A DNA stretch of 62,342 bases, filler included, from Trypethelium eluteriae (lineage: Eukaryota): assembly GCA_051942245.1 (NCBI GenBank). It is 2 parts of 2 records of this genome, joined end to end, with 100 filler letters (N's around TTAATTAATTAA, not from the genome) between each part and the next. Parts side by side here need not be neighbours in the genome. Positions count along the whole stretch, not along the records: positions 1 to 31,150 come from JAVECL010000278.1; positions 31,251 to 62,342 come from JAVECL010000279.1. One strand, given 5' to 3'. Shown piece after piece: positions 25,906 to 36,830 of this stretch (the stretch's first letter is position 1; every line of letters begins with the position of its first letter). Under the pieces are notes generated by a model, which worked only from the letters and a program-made list of their open reading frames with translations, was not told the DNA's origin and searched no databases. The position numbers and the translations under genes are program-made.

Positions 25906-26910
25906 ATGTCGAATGGTTATTTTGGTGCTCATCGCACCAAATTGAGCCTCGATGACCTTCACGCCGGCCTTATAACTGCCAACCATATTCTTCACCACCA
26001 TTCCGTATTCGACGCCTATTCCCATATCTCTGTGAGAAATCCCGATAGTACAGATACCTTTTTCCTCGCCGATACTACGCCTCCTTCCGTTATCTCTTCC
26101 TTATCCGACATCATCGAATTCAAATTCGAGGATGGGTCCCCCCTAGACACAACCCTCTCCCTATCGGGCGTGAGCGAGCGGTGGATCGACTCGGAGCTTT
26201 ACAAGCGCTTCCCGGGCGTAAACTGCGTCGCTCACAGCCATTGTGTCGATGTCCTCCCTTTCTGTACCGCAAAAGTGCCTCTCAAACCAGTCATCCCCTC
26301 TGCTGGATTTCTCGGCAGCGAAGCACCGGCCTGGGACATCGCTTCCGCGTATAGCTCAGGTATCTTTCCGGGCAGCGGTTCTAGCGGCGAGAAGCATGAT
26401 CGGCTTGTCCGCAGCCAGAATCTTGGCGCCGCGTTCGCGATCAAGTTCAGTAAGACGAGTACGTCGACAGGATTCATCTATTCCAAGCTCAGCGAGAGCG
26501 TGTCGTCTGTGACTGGTGGGCACAAGGACAAGGAAGAGCAAGCGGATCCAGACTATGCGGTCATTTTGATGCGGGAACACGGCTTTACTGTCGCGGCAAG
26601 AGGTATCGAAGAGGCTGTGTACATGGCGATATACACAGCAATAAATGCACGGGTACAAAGGGAAGCGCTGCAGATGAGTGAGAGCTACTTTGGCGGTACG
26701 ATCGAGGGTAGCATACCTGAAAAAGGTGGTTCAATTAAGGGCGGAAAAACAAAGGTGACGGAGGAGGTGCAGACCTTGAATGCAAAAGAGGCAAGAGATG
26801 CGTGGGAGACCGGAAGGGAGAATGGTTGGCTGGATAGGGGATGGCTGGAATGGAAGAGAGCGGTGGAGAAGAACCCTCTTTATGAGAATCAAGTCCAGAG
26901 CGACGAATAA
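25906..26910 (+). CDS. Second class II aldolase/adducin-domain protein (divergent); single exon
   Basis: LITANHILHHHSVFDAYSHISVRNP, ELYKRFPGVNCVAHSH, AGFLG, LMREHGFT and EEAVYMAIYT; clearly paralogous to 11234-12176. Confidence 0.88.
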   Translation: MSNGYFGAHRTKLSLDDLHAGLITANHILHHHSVFDAYSHISVRNPDSTDTFFLADTTPPSVISSLSDIIEFKFEDGSPLDTTLSLSGVSERWIDSELYKRFPGVNCVAHSHCVDVLPFCTAKVPLKPVIPSAGFLGSEAPAWDIASAYSSGIFPGSGSSGEKHDRLVRSQNLGAAFAIKFSKTSTSTGFIYSKLSESVSSVTGGHKDKEEQADPDYAVILMREHGFTVAARGIEEAVYMAIYTAINARVQREALQMSESYFGGTIEGSIPEKGGSIKGGKTKVTEEVQTLNAKEARDAWETGRENGWLDRGWLEWKRAVEKNPLYENQVQSDE

Positions 26911-27158
26911 CAACTTAGCTCATGATCGATATGATGTGATGATACCAAGTTAATCATGAGGGATCTGAAATGGAGTCGTGATCAAGCTGCTAGGGCTCGT
27001 AACGATAAGCACATATTAAATGACAATGACCTATATTATTACAACAACTATCCGGCTTCACATAGCGGGTATGGGGTATAGCAAATCCAAAACAGTACAC
27101 CGACTACCAGCCGTCATTATGACATCCCTTCTTGAGCATCGTGAGATGGACGACACGA

Positions 27159-28904
27159 CTAGTAGGCTACGCCAACGTTCACCGCCCGCTCGGGGAAGTT
27201 CTCCATCTCCTTCCACTTATCAGCCCCGGCTTCGGTTTTCGTCCTCATCTGAATCCGCTCGTATTCAAGTACACTTGAGATACTCCGCCCTGCCTCGAAG
27301 CTCTTCTTCCCGCCGGAGTCGGAGTCGACCTCCGTGATGCTAGTTGCCACTGTTCGTGTTGTCTTAGACGGTGACGATTGGATTGATGAATGCGGAGATG
27401 CCGTCACTGTTGAGAAGGAGTCGCGAACAGGCGTAATGGGCGGGCATGAATATAGCGGGTGAACGTTCATGTTCTGGTGTGAGGTTTGGAAATGCGGTGG
27501 GGTTCGAGGAGGGAGATCAGTCATGGTAAGGAGGGCCGTGGGGGATTTGATTTCTAATTGTGGTAGTGGAGCTCCGGTTGGCGAAAAGGGAAGTGAAGTC
27601 CGAATCCAGTTTGTCAATCGCTCTCGGGCTGATGATCGGGATGGTGGGCTTCGCAGTGGCTCATCGAAAATATCAGCTGTGCTTAATGAGGAGCTTGACA
27701 TTTGTCTGCTATGCGTTTCAAGAGGAGGTAAAGGAGGTGGCGATAGTACTTTGCTGGTATGGGGAATGGAAAGAGCCGAACCAATGTCAGAGAGGGTTTC
27801 CGTCCGGACGCGCATTTTCATCGACGGCGCAATTGCAGGAACATGAGCGGGAGAATGACCCCCAGCTTCTTCATCTTTGTCTGCGGCATCTTCATCATTT
27901 CCAGGTCTGACGTTAGCATCTGCACGACGCTCTTCTACGATGGTATTGAGCTCGCGGATGGCTTCGTCGACGTCGGAACGATTTCCACGAGATTGGTTGG
28001 ATTGCCGACGGCTCAACCCAAGAGGTTCGCTTAAAGCGCGGGACCGGGAAGAAGGGGGTGAAGTTGGGTCCGTAATATCCCATCCATCCGAAGCTCTTGT
28101 GCTTTGAGTTCCAGATCGAACAAGAGAGCTTGAATGGGACTGAGGCGGTACTGTAGGCAATTGCGAGGGCAGTGTCGGAGGTTCGTCCTGAGCAAGAGAT
28201 CCGTAGATCAAGCTGGAGTGATTGCTGTCTAGAATAGAAGGGGAGACGAGAAAAGAAGCCGATTCTACCGGCTTTCGTTGAATCACGAACGTACTTGTTG
28301 AGAATGTGAGGTTAGGATCAGTAGCCGGTCTTATCATTGCTGGACGAGGCACTTCTAAGTCTAGCGGTTTTGCACTCCAATCCGATTTGCTGAAGTCCGG
28401 TAGCGGAGAGAGGCGATTGTGCGGCAGGTAAATGCTAAGCTCAAGAGGCCTGAATTCTTGCCTCCTGCGCCTGGGAATCGGGACGCTGTCAACTCTTCGA
28501 AAATCGGATGGTGCGCCAATGACGAGCTGCTGGCGGGATTCGGCAGTCTTGGGTCGCCAGAATGATGCACTCGTGCGGGTCGTTACTCTTGATGCTGCAT
28601 CCCATCCACCCGCCACCAAAGTTGAGAAGGATTTGGTCGAGTAGCTTGTGCTGGGTCGTGCGAGTGCAGGCTCGGCGTGAGGTAGAGAAAATCGTTGTGG
28701 TTGCTGTTCACAGATTTCCTCACGAGTTTGACGAGCTATATGGTTCAGAATTGAAATGATTCGCATGTAGTTGTAGCACCGCAGCTTACCGGCTTCTTCG
28801 AGATCCTCGAGATCCTCCTTCTCTCTAAACCTGGGCGCACAGCACCCAAATGACGTGGCCAGCCATCGTTTGCCTCCGTCGTCAACAGAGCATTGTGATC
28901 CCAT
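27159..28904 (-). CDS. Ser/Pro-rich hypothetical protein with predicted N-terminal lipidation (MGSQCS...GCC) and a CRIB-like motif
   Basis: Long ORF; ATG at 28904 lies after a probable 5'UTR intron; in-frame intron near 28789-28737; blocks LVIGAPSDFRRV, FRPLELSIYLP-NRLSPLPDF, IRELNTIVEERR and HVPAIAPSMKMRVRTETLSDIGSALS. Confidence 0.8.
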   Translation of the reverse strand: MGSQCSVDDGGKRWLATSFGCCAPRFREKEDLEDLEEAGKLRCYNYMRIISILNHIARQTREEICEQQPQRFSLPHAEPALARPSTSYSTKSFSTLVAGGWDAASRVTTRTSASFWRPKTAESRQQLVIGAPSDFRRVDSVPIPRRRRQEFRPLELSIYLPHNRLSPLPDFSKSDWSAKPLDLEVPRPAMIRPATDPNLTFSTSTFVIQRKPVESASFLVSPSILDSNHSSLIYGSLAQDEPPTLPSQLPTVPPQSHSSSLVRSGTQSTRASDGWDITDPTSPPSSRSRALSEPLGLSRRQSNQSRGNRSDVDEAIRELNTIVEERRADANVRPGNDEDAADKDEEAGGHSPAHVPAIAPSMKMRVRTETLSDIGSALSIPHTSKVLSPPPLPPLETHSRQMSSSSLSTADIFDEPLRSPPSRSSARERLTNWIRTSLPFSPTGAPLPQLEIKSPTALLTMTDLPPRTPPHFQTSHQNMNVHPLYSCPPITPVRDSFSTVTASPHSSIQSSPSKTTRTVATSITEVDSDSGGKKSFEAGRSISSVLEYERIQMRTKTEAGADKWKEMENFPERAVNVGVAY

Positions 28905-30534
28905 GCCTCCGAGGGCCTCTTCAAGGGCACATCGCTCAGCAAACCAACGCACCCGTCCGCGACACGAAAATCAAGGCACGGAAGAAAAAAACGAAAGAAT
29001 ATGAATTCTCCTACTTACGAGCCGGCGGTTATGGCAGGTTAAAGATAGCGCACAGAGGTGCAGACGGCAAAGCGCATGACAGCGGCACCTGTCGAAAAGG
29101 TCATGGTCAAACTACGACTAGATTGCCAGTTGGGAGCCAGGAACGGCTCATCGACCTCGAAGCGCCCAATGGTTCACGAATGTCAGAGGGCAGACACGTT
29201 TGGGACACTGGATTTCCCAATCGCCGCACTCCACGACGAGAGGGGAGTCCCAGGGCAGGGAGCACAGTCCGCCAGTGCGAGACACTTTGGCGTTAGAGAA
29301 TATCCGAACTGTAGTAGGAGCCTACGTGTGATTGGTGCTGCATCTATCTCGGTTCCTGATGTGGGTGAGCGCTTAACATCTCTTCCGTGCCCACCGTCCC
29401 CACTTGCGACGGCCCTAGCAGTTCGCCCGAGCGCTAATAGCAAATCAATTATGGGTCGGAGCAAAACACTCTTGCATCACCTGCAGATGTCCACACCGAA
29501 GATGGCCTGGTGTCCGTCGACATCATCTAAGTTTATGATAGTGTCCGCATGATTGCAGACTTCGTACAAACGCATCTGGTAGACTGTGAACTAAGATCCG
29601 CCAGTGGACGCTAATTTGGGTAATTTAATCTGCGTGGGTTGAACTGTCTGTCTTCGACGCGTGCAAGTGGAGGATTGAGGGGCAAGATTGAATGCACAAT
29701 ATCATGAGACCGAGGCACTGATCAGTATCCAGGATCGAGCTTCAGCAATGATTCTCTCTCAATCAGCGAAGCAATCTAAGACCTTTCTTGACCAAACGGT
29801 AAGGTTGCATTGTGGAAATTAAAATCCATCGGTGATAAGATCATGCCTTGGTCAACGGCGAATTGGCTGTTTCCCTTTCTGGCCTCTGACTGGAGTTCCT
29901 TCCTCAATCGACATCTCTACCGTTTTCCACTCTTACGGACACTTAGCTCGCACCTGTAAGGTGACCAGATACAAATGCCTTGAATGGATTGCCATGGAAA
30001 AAGCAATGATTGCGAATGGACTATCAAGGAAGTGAAATCAGGAAAAGACTCAACGTTCATGCCATGCATAAGTGCAGAGTGACGAACATCGTGTTCCTCG
30101 CGCCTCTCTGTCTTAGGCTTAATCTTATCAGTTCCTTCTCTTGTGGCGCTAAGAGACTTCACGCATTAGGGACCTATTGATTAGAGCATGGACAATCCTG
30201 AGAAACATCAGTCAGATCGGTATAGGTAGGAACTTTGTGAGCTCGTCCGAGCCGCAATGGAACTCGATGGAGCCATTAATATTATGAGGGTATAACTACT
30301 CATTAAACTTCCGAGGTGCTGCTCGACACCGCATACAGAAAAAACATCAAGGGGTATGATCTCTCGATTCAGTGGCCTGCTATACCTTCCTTTATCAACC
30401 TTTTGAAACGCCCGAGCCTTGATTTACCACGTGGCGGGAAAACGAGATGAGTAAGACAGGTCTCCTACCCCTTTGCACCCTTCTCGCTGTAGCATCAATA
30501 GGCAGCAAGATCACAAGGGGCAGATTTCGAAGAA

Positions 30535-31150
30535 TTAGTTCTCCGTTTCGGTCTCGCTGACGCGGCGACGCTTAACCCGTTTTCCATCGACGTCGATTTC
30601 GTCAACTAGTCCATTAAGCATTACGTCTTGTTCCGGCGTATCCACTCCTTCCACCTTTTTTTTGAGGGTCTCTTCCCTCTGGCGCGCCTCTTCTACTTCC
30701 TGCCTCAAGCCCTCAAGTTCTCCTCTCATCACCTCTTCAGCATCTCTCGCATCCTGTTCACTTTTCTCGAGCTCTGCCACCCTTCCCCTAAACAAGTCGT
30801 TGATAACCTCTAGTTCAGATACCCGTGTCTTCAAACTTGTGTTCAGAGCGACAATGGCGTCATACGTCTGTGGTGGTTCAAGATGACCACCAGCCCCATT
30901 GAGTTGACTCGAGGACGCCGAGAGGTGCGATGGCACTGGTGACGGATGACGAAGGGAGAAGTGAGGTAGCGATGGAGAATGAGACGATGGGTGAGGCGCC
31001 CCGTCAAAGATCGTGACTTGGTCGAAAAGGTGCTGTGGGGCAATGTTCGGATTCTGTTGGTGAGGAGTTGCAGACCGGGAGCGCTCAGCCGGCAATTGAG
31101 GGGGTTGAGACGGCTGCTGGAGCTGTGGATTGAATGATAAGGAGGTGGAC
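30535..31150 (-). CDS. areB: 3' part of an AreB/ASD-4 (Dal80/Gzf3-like) GATA transcription factor; 5' end (zinc finger) missing at the gap
   Basis: The frame is open from the gap edge; NPNIAPQHLFD and the leucine zipper LKTRVSELEVINDLFRGRVAELE match my recollection of AreB/ASD-4/Dal80 C-termini. The GATA finger itself is not in the window. Confidence 0.75.
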
Positions 31151-31250
31151 NNNNNNNNNNNNNNNNNNNNNNNNNNNNNNNNNNNNNNNNNNNNTTAATT
31201 AATTAANNNNNNNNNNNNNNNNNNNNNNNNNNNNNNNNNNNNNNNNNNNN
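31151..31250. other. Artificial assembly spacer: 44 N + TTAATTAATTAA + 44 N
   Basis: Exactly 100 nt and symmetric; the palindromic core places stop codons in all six frames, as contig-joining linkers do. Confidence 0.97.
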
Positions 31251-31252
31251 AT

Positions 31253-32509
31253 ATTGCTACACGCGTAGGTCGCAAGCTAGAAGCTAGGAGGACTGAATAT
31301 GCTACAAAAGAGGAGGTTATCGCGTTTTTGACGCGTTATGAAGATGTAAAGCTGCGCTACAATATCCAACTTAAAGATATTTACAATATGGATGAACAAG
31401 GTATTGGCCTTGGTGTTTGCTCCAACTTAAAGGTTCTGACAAGCTCAAAGAAGAAGCGAACACTGCAGAAAACACCCAAGACGCGTGAATGGGTGTCAAT
31501 TATTGAGGCTATCTCTGCAATAGGCCGAGTTATCAACCCTCTGGTTATTTTTAAGGGGCAGAACCTACAAACAGATTGGTTTATCCCTGATGAGATCCCT
31601 GATTGGCAGTATACTACTTCTAAAAGAGGATGGACCTCAAATAAGATTGGATTAGGTTGGTTGCAGCGTGTATTTGACCCTCAAACACATCCAGTTCATA
31701 GTGGATGGAGGATGCTTATCTTAGATGGCCACAGCAGCCATATCAACCTTGATTTCCTATTTACCTGCAAAACAGTTCTTAACATTGCTTTGGTGTTTCC
31801 TCCACCTCATATAACCCATATTCTGCAGCCCTTGGACCTTACTGCCTTCAGCCCTGTCAAAACTTGCTATCGGAGCCAAATCAGCCAACTTGCAGCAATT
31901 AATAATGTAGCGCCTATCAAAAAGAGCAGGTTCATCCAATATTATTACCAAGCAAGGCAGGAGGGTCTTACTACTAAGAACGTTCTCTCTGGATGGAGAT
32001 CTGCAGGTCTACAGCCTTATAACCCTGATAAACCTCTATCAGGTCGATTCGTCAAATTGACACAGCCTTTGCAGACATCTACACTGCAGGTCAGCCCTGC
32101 GCAGGCAAAATGCTCTCACACCCTATCCTTCACCACTCCTACAAAAGAGCAGGACCTTATTCAAGCTGCTAGGAGCTTTTAAATACTTCATCCTCACGCG
32201 AAAGCAGTCATCTATAAAGCAGGCAAGGCTATTGGACGGGCAAATATTCAAGCAGCTGTATTGGCAAAGTCAAATGAGGACCTACAACGTAAGCTGAATG
32301 AGGTGATCAAGAAGCCTAAGAAGAAAGCTATTCATATAGATCCAAATCTACAATTCGCAGACATTGAGAGCATCAAAAAGGCAATAGAGGATGCGAAGGT
32401 TGTAAAGGCGAATAGCTCCACGAAACAACCTCCAAAAACTGTAAAACCTAGTTCATCTAGTGCAGTAGCTCCTGCCTATGAAGCTATGTGTAGTATCATC
32501 AAATTCTAG
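31253..32509 (+). pseudogene. DDE_1 (pogo-type, DDD) transposase, 5'-truncated by the gap, with an in-frame TAA at 32180-32182
   Basis: IYNMDEQG, WVSIIEAISA, PLVIFKG, GWTSN, LILDGHSSH and HILQPLD. The same frame continues past the TAA (ILHPHAKAVIYKAGKAIG...) to TAG at 32509. Confidence 0.88.
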
Positions 32510-32559
32510 CTAGTAATGCGAGAGATAATAGCTTCATTTTGCACATGGTGGGGTGTGCG

Positions 32560-32604
32560 GGGGTGCGCCACTACTAGGTTGCGCCGGATCTAGGTGGTTT
32601 GACT
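32560..32604 (-). repeat. Right terminal inverted repeat of the pogo element, with an internal direct repeat
   Basis: Reverse complement AGTCAAACC-ACCTAGATCCGGCGCA-ACCTAGTAGTGGCGCA-CCCC contains two ACCTAG-N4-GGCGCA units. The partner TIR is not in the window. Confidence 0.7.
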
Positions 32605-33957
32605 TACTTCATCCAGTTCTCGGTGCTCGTCTTCGGTGCCCATCTTGCTCTACTTCCGCCTTACTCTCTTCATGGCGAGATGCGCGACACAGGCGCCCAC
32701 CCATTCATCATTCACGTCCAAGAGCAGGCTCTAACACCTCTCTGGATGGAAATGCTGGTATTGTAGTGTTGTTCTGAACAAAGCCAGATTATTCTATTAA
32801 TAGGTTCAAATCAGTATAGCGCAAAAACTTTCTCCTCCAACAGCTATGCATCTGCTAAGAATGCTATGACACTGTCTCTGAATCGCGATCAAATGCTCGA
32901 CTTCTCCATACCCGACATACTCGAGTCGTTTTCTTGCTATATGAACCCCGCTACGTCTGTGGCGGAATGGTAAAAATAAAAATGCGTTGCTGAAAGAAAG
33001 TACAATCGAAGGGTGTGGCTCAAGATTTGGCGCCTTTAACAGCAAGGATTCACTGTGGAAACGGAATAAGAGATGGCGTTGCTGGCCAAGATGCTACCTC
33101 GGGACTCTGTGAATAACTTCCTCTTATAAATGACTCCCCCGGCTCGAGCATGCTGGACGTTGACAACCTAATTTGCCACCATAGGGCAGGGTAGTTAACT
33201 AACTGAACTTCTAGCGTCTGCTCAACGTGAAATTCCCCGAAAGACGTTGCGGCTCCTGTTCCCTCATCCTCCTTTGCCCTTATAGCAGCAGGCAATTGCG
33301 ACCTTGGATTCGGGTGCAGGCGCCCTCAACGTACTCAGTATATGCCACCGTCCTCGATCTTCAAATTACTATACATCCCGCGGAGCCAATTTCAAGTCCT
33401 GTTTGCGAGCGCATACTCATTCATCTCGCGACCGTCAGAGAGCCTGACTGGGAAGAGGGGCTTTTCCGTCCATTTGATATTGGAGGGCGGTTGTCGTGGG
33501 ACGATGTCGATGATAGTCACAGGCGGTCGGGTATTCACTCGGGTTGATTGATGGAGGTCTTTTTCTTGCATGGACTTTTGTTGAACAGCCAGGAATAAGT
33601 AGTTTTTGGTTATCGGACTGCTGTGCGATTGACTTTACGCAAGGTCTAAGAGAAGTTTATCCAGCTTTGATAGACTACAATTTTGGCGGCACCGTCTCGG
33701 CAGATGACGATCTCAAGTTTTGACTAACGATAAAGGTCTTCGTGCCTATGCAAAGGTATATATTTGCAGTCAAGCAAGCGTAGAGTTCAGATATACTATA
33801 TGGATCCAATCAGAGGATCTTGTTGATGAAGTATGCGCTACGATGAGATCTGCTTGTCTGTGCCAAAATCAACACCGACGCCAAGTACTCCACCCTTCTA
33901 TCTTCTATCTCATAATCCCATTCACTATGCTTGTAGACAAGTAAGTCACCATTTCTT

Positions 33958-34831
33958 CTAATTGTTAATGCCTAAATCGACGGGATCTGCACTAAATATA
34001 GTAGAATCCCCAACCGTCACCTGACCACCTTGCGTATTGGAATGGCCTTCGCAATAGTTATTAAAAGAGTTGAGTGCCATTGTACACAGACTGAAGTCTG
34101 CCGGTGCCTTATTCGTCAGTAACTTCATGCCGAAGCTAAGAAACCCTGCCTTGCCCTTGACGTCGCTAATAATCTCGCCAATATCTGTGGTGTTCCAGAG
34201 ACGAAGGAAATTCACCGCCGGCCGTGGAATGTTATCCCCAATTAGGTAGTTACAAGCAGTGACGATATTTTCGTCGATGTCGTGAAGGAACATTTTTGAG
34301 CCTTTATCGAAGCAAGCGATATTACTTGCATATTCTAAAAGAAGCGCTGTCAGTTTGTCCTTTTCGTCTGCAAGGATCTTGCTAGGCTGCAGAGAGAAGA
34401 ATATACGTACGTCCGATATTAAACTTGCCCCCTTTCTTACTACGCCTTACGACATTCCTTTTGGCGCGCTTATTCTTCGAAGAGCTCACGTTCTGTATAC
34501 CCATTTGCCATACCTGTTCGGAAATATCGACAACATGGCCATTCCCAGCAGGTTTCCACTCAATGAAACTACCATTCTCCAGAAAGTGAATGACCTCTTC
34601 GGGACTCACTTGAACATCGGTCCTGTTACCGAAATATATGTTTCCATGTCCATACGACGTGTTGCTTCTGACATCCGACGTGTTTTGAAAAGTATCGTGA
34701 GGAGCTCCAGTAACAAATGCAAGAAGAGATACAGAGAAGAGCAATACAATAGAATTAAGATTGACGACTGTTCACTTTTAACACACTGATCTTGACGGAA
34801 TCGAGAGGATGCAGAGCAACTTACATCGCAT
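33958..34831 (-). CDS. Secreted pre-pro-protein, effector/toxin-like; 3 exons (34831-34825, 34767-about 34411, about 34335-33958)
   Basis: ATG CGA T|GTAAGT...CAG|TC GTC gives the signal peptide MRFVNLNSIVLLFSVSLLAFVTG-AP; dibasic sites KRAKRNVVRR; intron GTACGT...CTGAC...TAG joins to a 4-Cys domain ending TQGG...FSADP. Confidence 0.8.
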
Positions 34832-36096
34832 GACAAAGATTCTGTTGGCTATCGTTGGATGGAGGTGTGACACGGAAGATGGATGCAGGGAGCAATAGAT
34901 CGGTAATTGAGGGCTTCTTTAAACGAGCAAGAGAAAAATCGAGAATGAGACCAGCTCAGAGAGTTGACTAGATTTCGTAGACTGTGATTATGCATCCAAA
35001 GCTTGGGATTAAGGGTTTCTTTATACAAGAGTACTAATATCAGAGCAATGAGCAGAAACGTGTTTTCAACGTTTAGTTGGAGACCATCATCATTCCACGC
35101 CTTGAACAGCTCATGTTGACAGCTAAGTATCCAAATCGTGACGCAACTGTCCCTATCAAAGATCTGAGGTGATCTGGTGATCTTCGGAAAGGTACGTACC
35201 AGGAAGGTACATACAAGTCAAGAACTGCCAAGGAGATCTGCAAAGTCGTGACAGAGAGCAGTCAAAGATCATTGTGGTCGAATGTCCTTGACGAATCGAG
35301 ATGGGCATTGTGGAGATTTGGGGCTGATGTGCAGATATTGCCTGGTCTTTGAACCCCACAGTGACGACGAGGCACAGAATCGTCTCACTGCTGTCCACAC
35401 AGAGTCAGAGTCTTGTGCCTCATAGACAAGAATGCACGTTCCTGGTGACCACAAGCCTGCTTTCGAAACTCGGTCCGTGTTACAGGTCAAATGACTTGCA
35501 GATTGGCCTGCTAGTTAAGGTCGCCCGTTTGCTGACCTGTGCCACTCTCACGTAAGTTATATGATTTGGTCAAAAAGGCAAAGAAAAAACCTTCCTCGTT
35601 CTCAATATATGGATTGAGTGTTGGCTCATTTCATGATTGGCCCCAAGAAGAGTGTATGTGACCTTGGCGCAGATTGTGTTAAGAAACCGGATACAGACCA
35701 GAGCCAAGACGGGAAGCCAAACCCCAGAAAGGATTAAACAATATAGAAGGCACAGTCATCTTATCGATCGCGACAAATGATATTTGCTTGAGCTTTCTGC
35801 ACTCCCTGTTGACGGTTCTGATCCTTTGCATTGGGCCATTGGCTCATCTTTTCGGAAGCACCATGCCAATCTGTCAAGTCAGGGTGCCCCTCATTTCGCA
35901 AGAAGGCACTCGTTGAGTGCGTTAACTCGTATGGAAAGCAAGACATCTTTGCCCCCAGACATCCACTTCAATTGCATTGATGGCTGTGTCTTTGTTCGTT
36001 AGAAATCCGACCTCAGGCATAGAACTCGAATGGGTGGAAGGAGCCAAAACAAGAAATCAGGGAGTATGTGCAGGCATGCGCAAGTTACCTTTGATA

Positions 36097-36175
36097 CAGT
36101 CATGCGAAAAGAGTGTCCGCTCGCTGGCGCGGGAATATTGCTGGGGATTGCCCGGACACTTTTGTCCTGGTACTG
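36097..36175. mobile_element. 79-bp MITE-like element, Tc1/mariner type (CAGT...ACTG ends, TA on both sides)
   Basis: TA|cagtcatgcgaaaagagtgtccg...cggacacttttgtcctggtactg|TA; imperfect 23-bp TIRs (16/23 matching); an inverted second copy lies at 51233-51311. Confidence 0.75.
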
Positions 36176-36830
36176 TAACTCTCGCATTTGGCGCTGCACC
36201 GTGTTCTTGAGACATTTTTCGTCACGTTAAGATACAAAATCCAGCGGCCAACAGCTGAACTATATTTTGCCGACTTAATGTTTTGCGTGTACTTACAAAT
36301 CGATCGCGACCCGAACACTGACTCCGACCCTTTCAATAGGAGGCAATTTCGCGGTCCCGGGATAGTCTAGCTTGGCAGTAGTGGCAAGAGCAATAGCGAC
36401 AGACTGTTCTCATATTGAAGACTCTGGAATGATTGATTCGCATGAGCATTGGACCAGATGTTAAGGTGCGTGAGACCGTTCGCTTGGCCAAGTTGTCTTA
36501 GCCCATGAGTTGTGCCAGCTATCGTGAAGATCACACTGATCGTTTGTAGTCATGCCTCGACGAATGACGTGATATTACGGATGATGTAGTGCGTACGATG
36601 AGTCTATGAGACCACGTTCTGGGCTCTATGCGTTGAGGTTGCTTTTACCCTCGCGCACAAGGCGCCGCGGAGCGGCACGAAACCCTAGGGCTGCCTCCCT
36701 ATGCCGTTTTGGATTCTGGCCCGTAGTAAATCTGGATCGAGTGTGACTGTCTCTTGTAACTTGATGTATATCAGCATGTTTGATGGCAAAGATGACCAAT
36801 CCAACAAAGTCAGCACTCAGTGCCGCCTTC

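Larger units (their letters stand above)
31251..32604 (+). mobile_element. Fot1/pogo-family (Tc1/mariner superfamily) DNA transposon, right-hand portion
   Basis: DDE_1 transposase followed by a terminus whose reverse complement begins AGTCAAACCACC (Fot1-like), flanked by TA at 32605-32606. Confidence 0.9.

Noticed and set aside
31195..31206. TTAATTAATTAA palindrome as a biological element (e.g. piggyBac TTAA target)
   Set aside because: It is centred between two runs of exactly 44 N and is a synthetic six-frame-stop linker.
32620..33950. Several 70-110 aa ORFs right of the transposon
   Set aside because: Mostly non-ATG starts, with no motifs or supporting splice structure.
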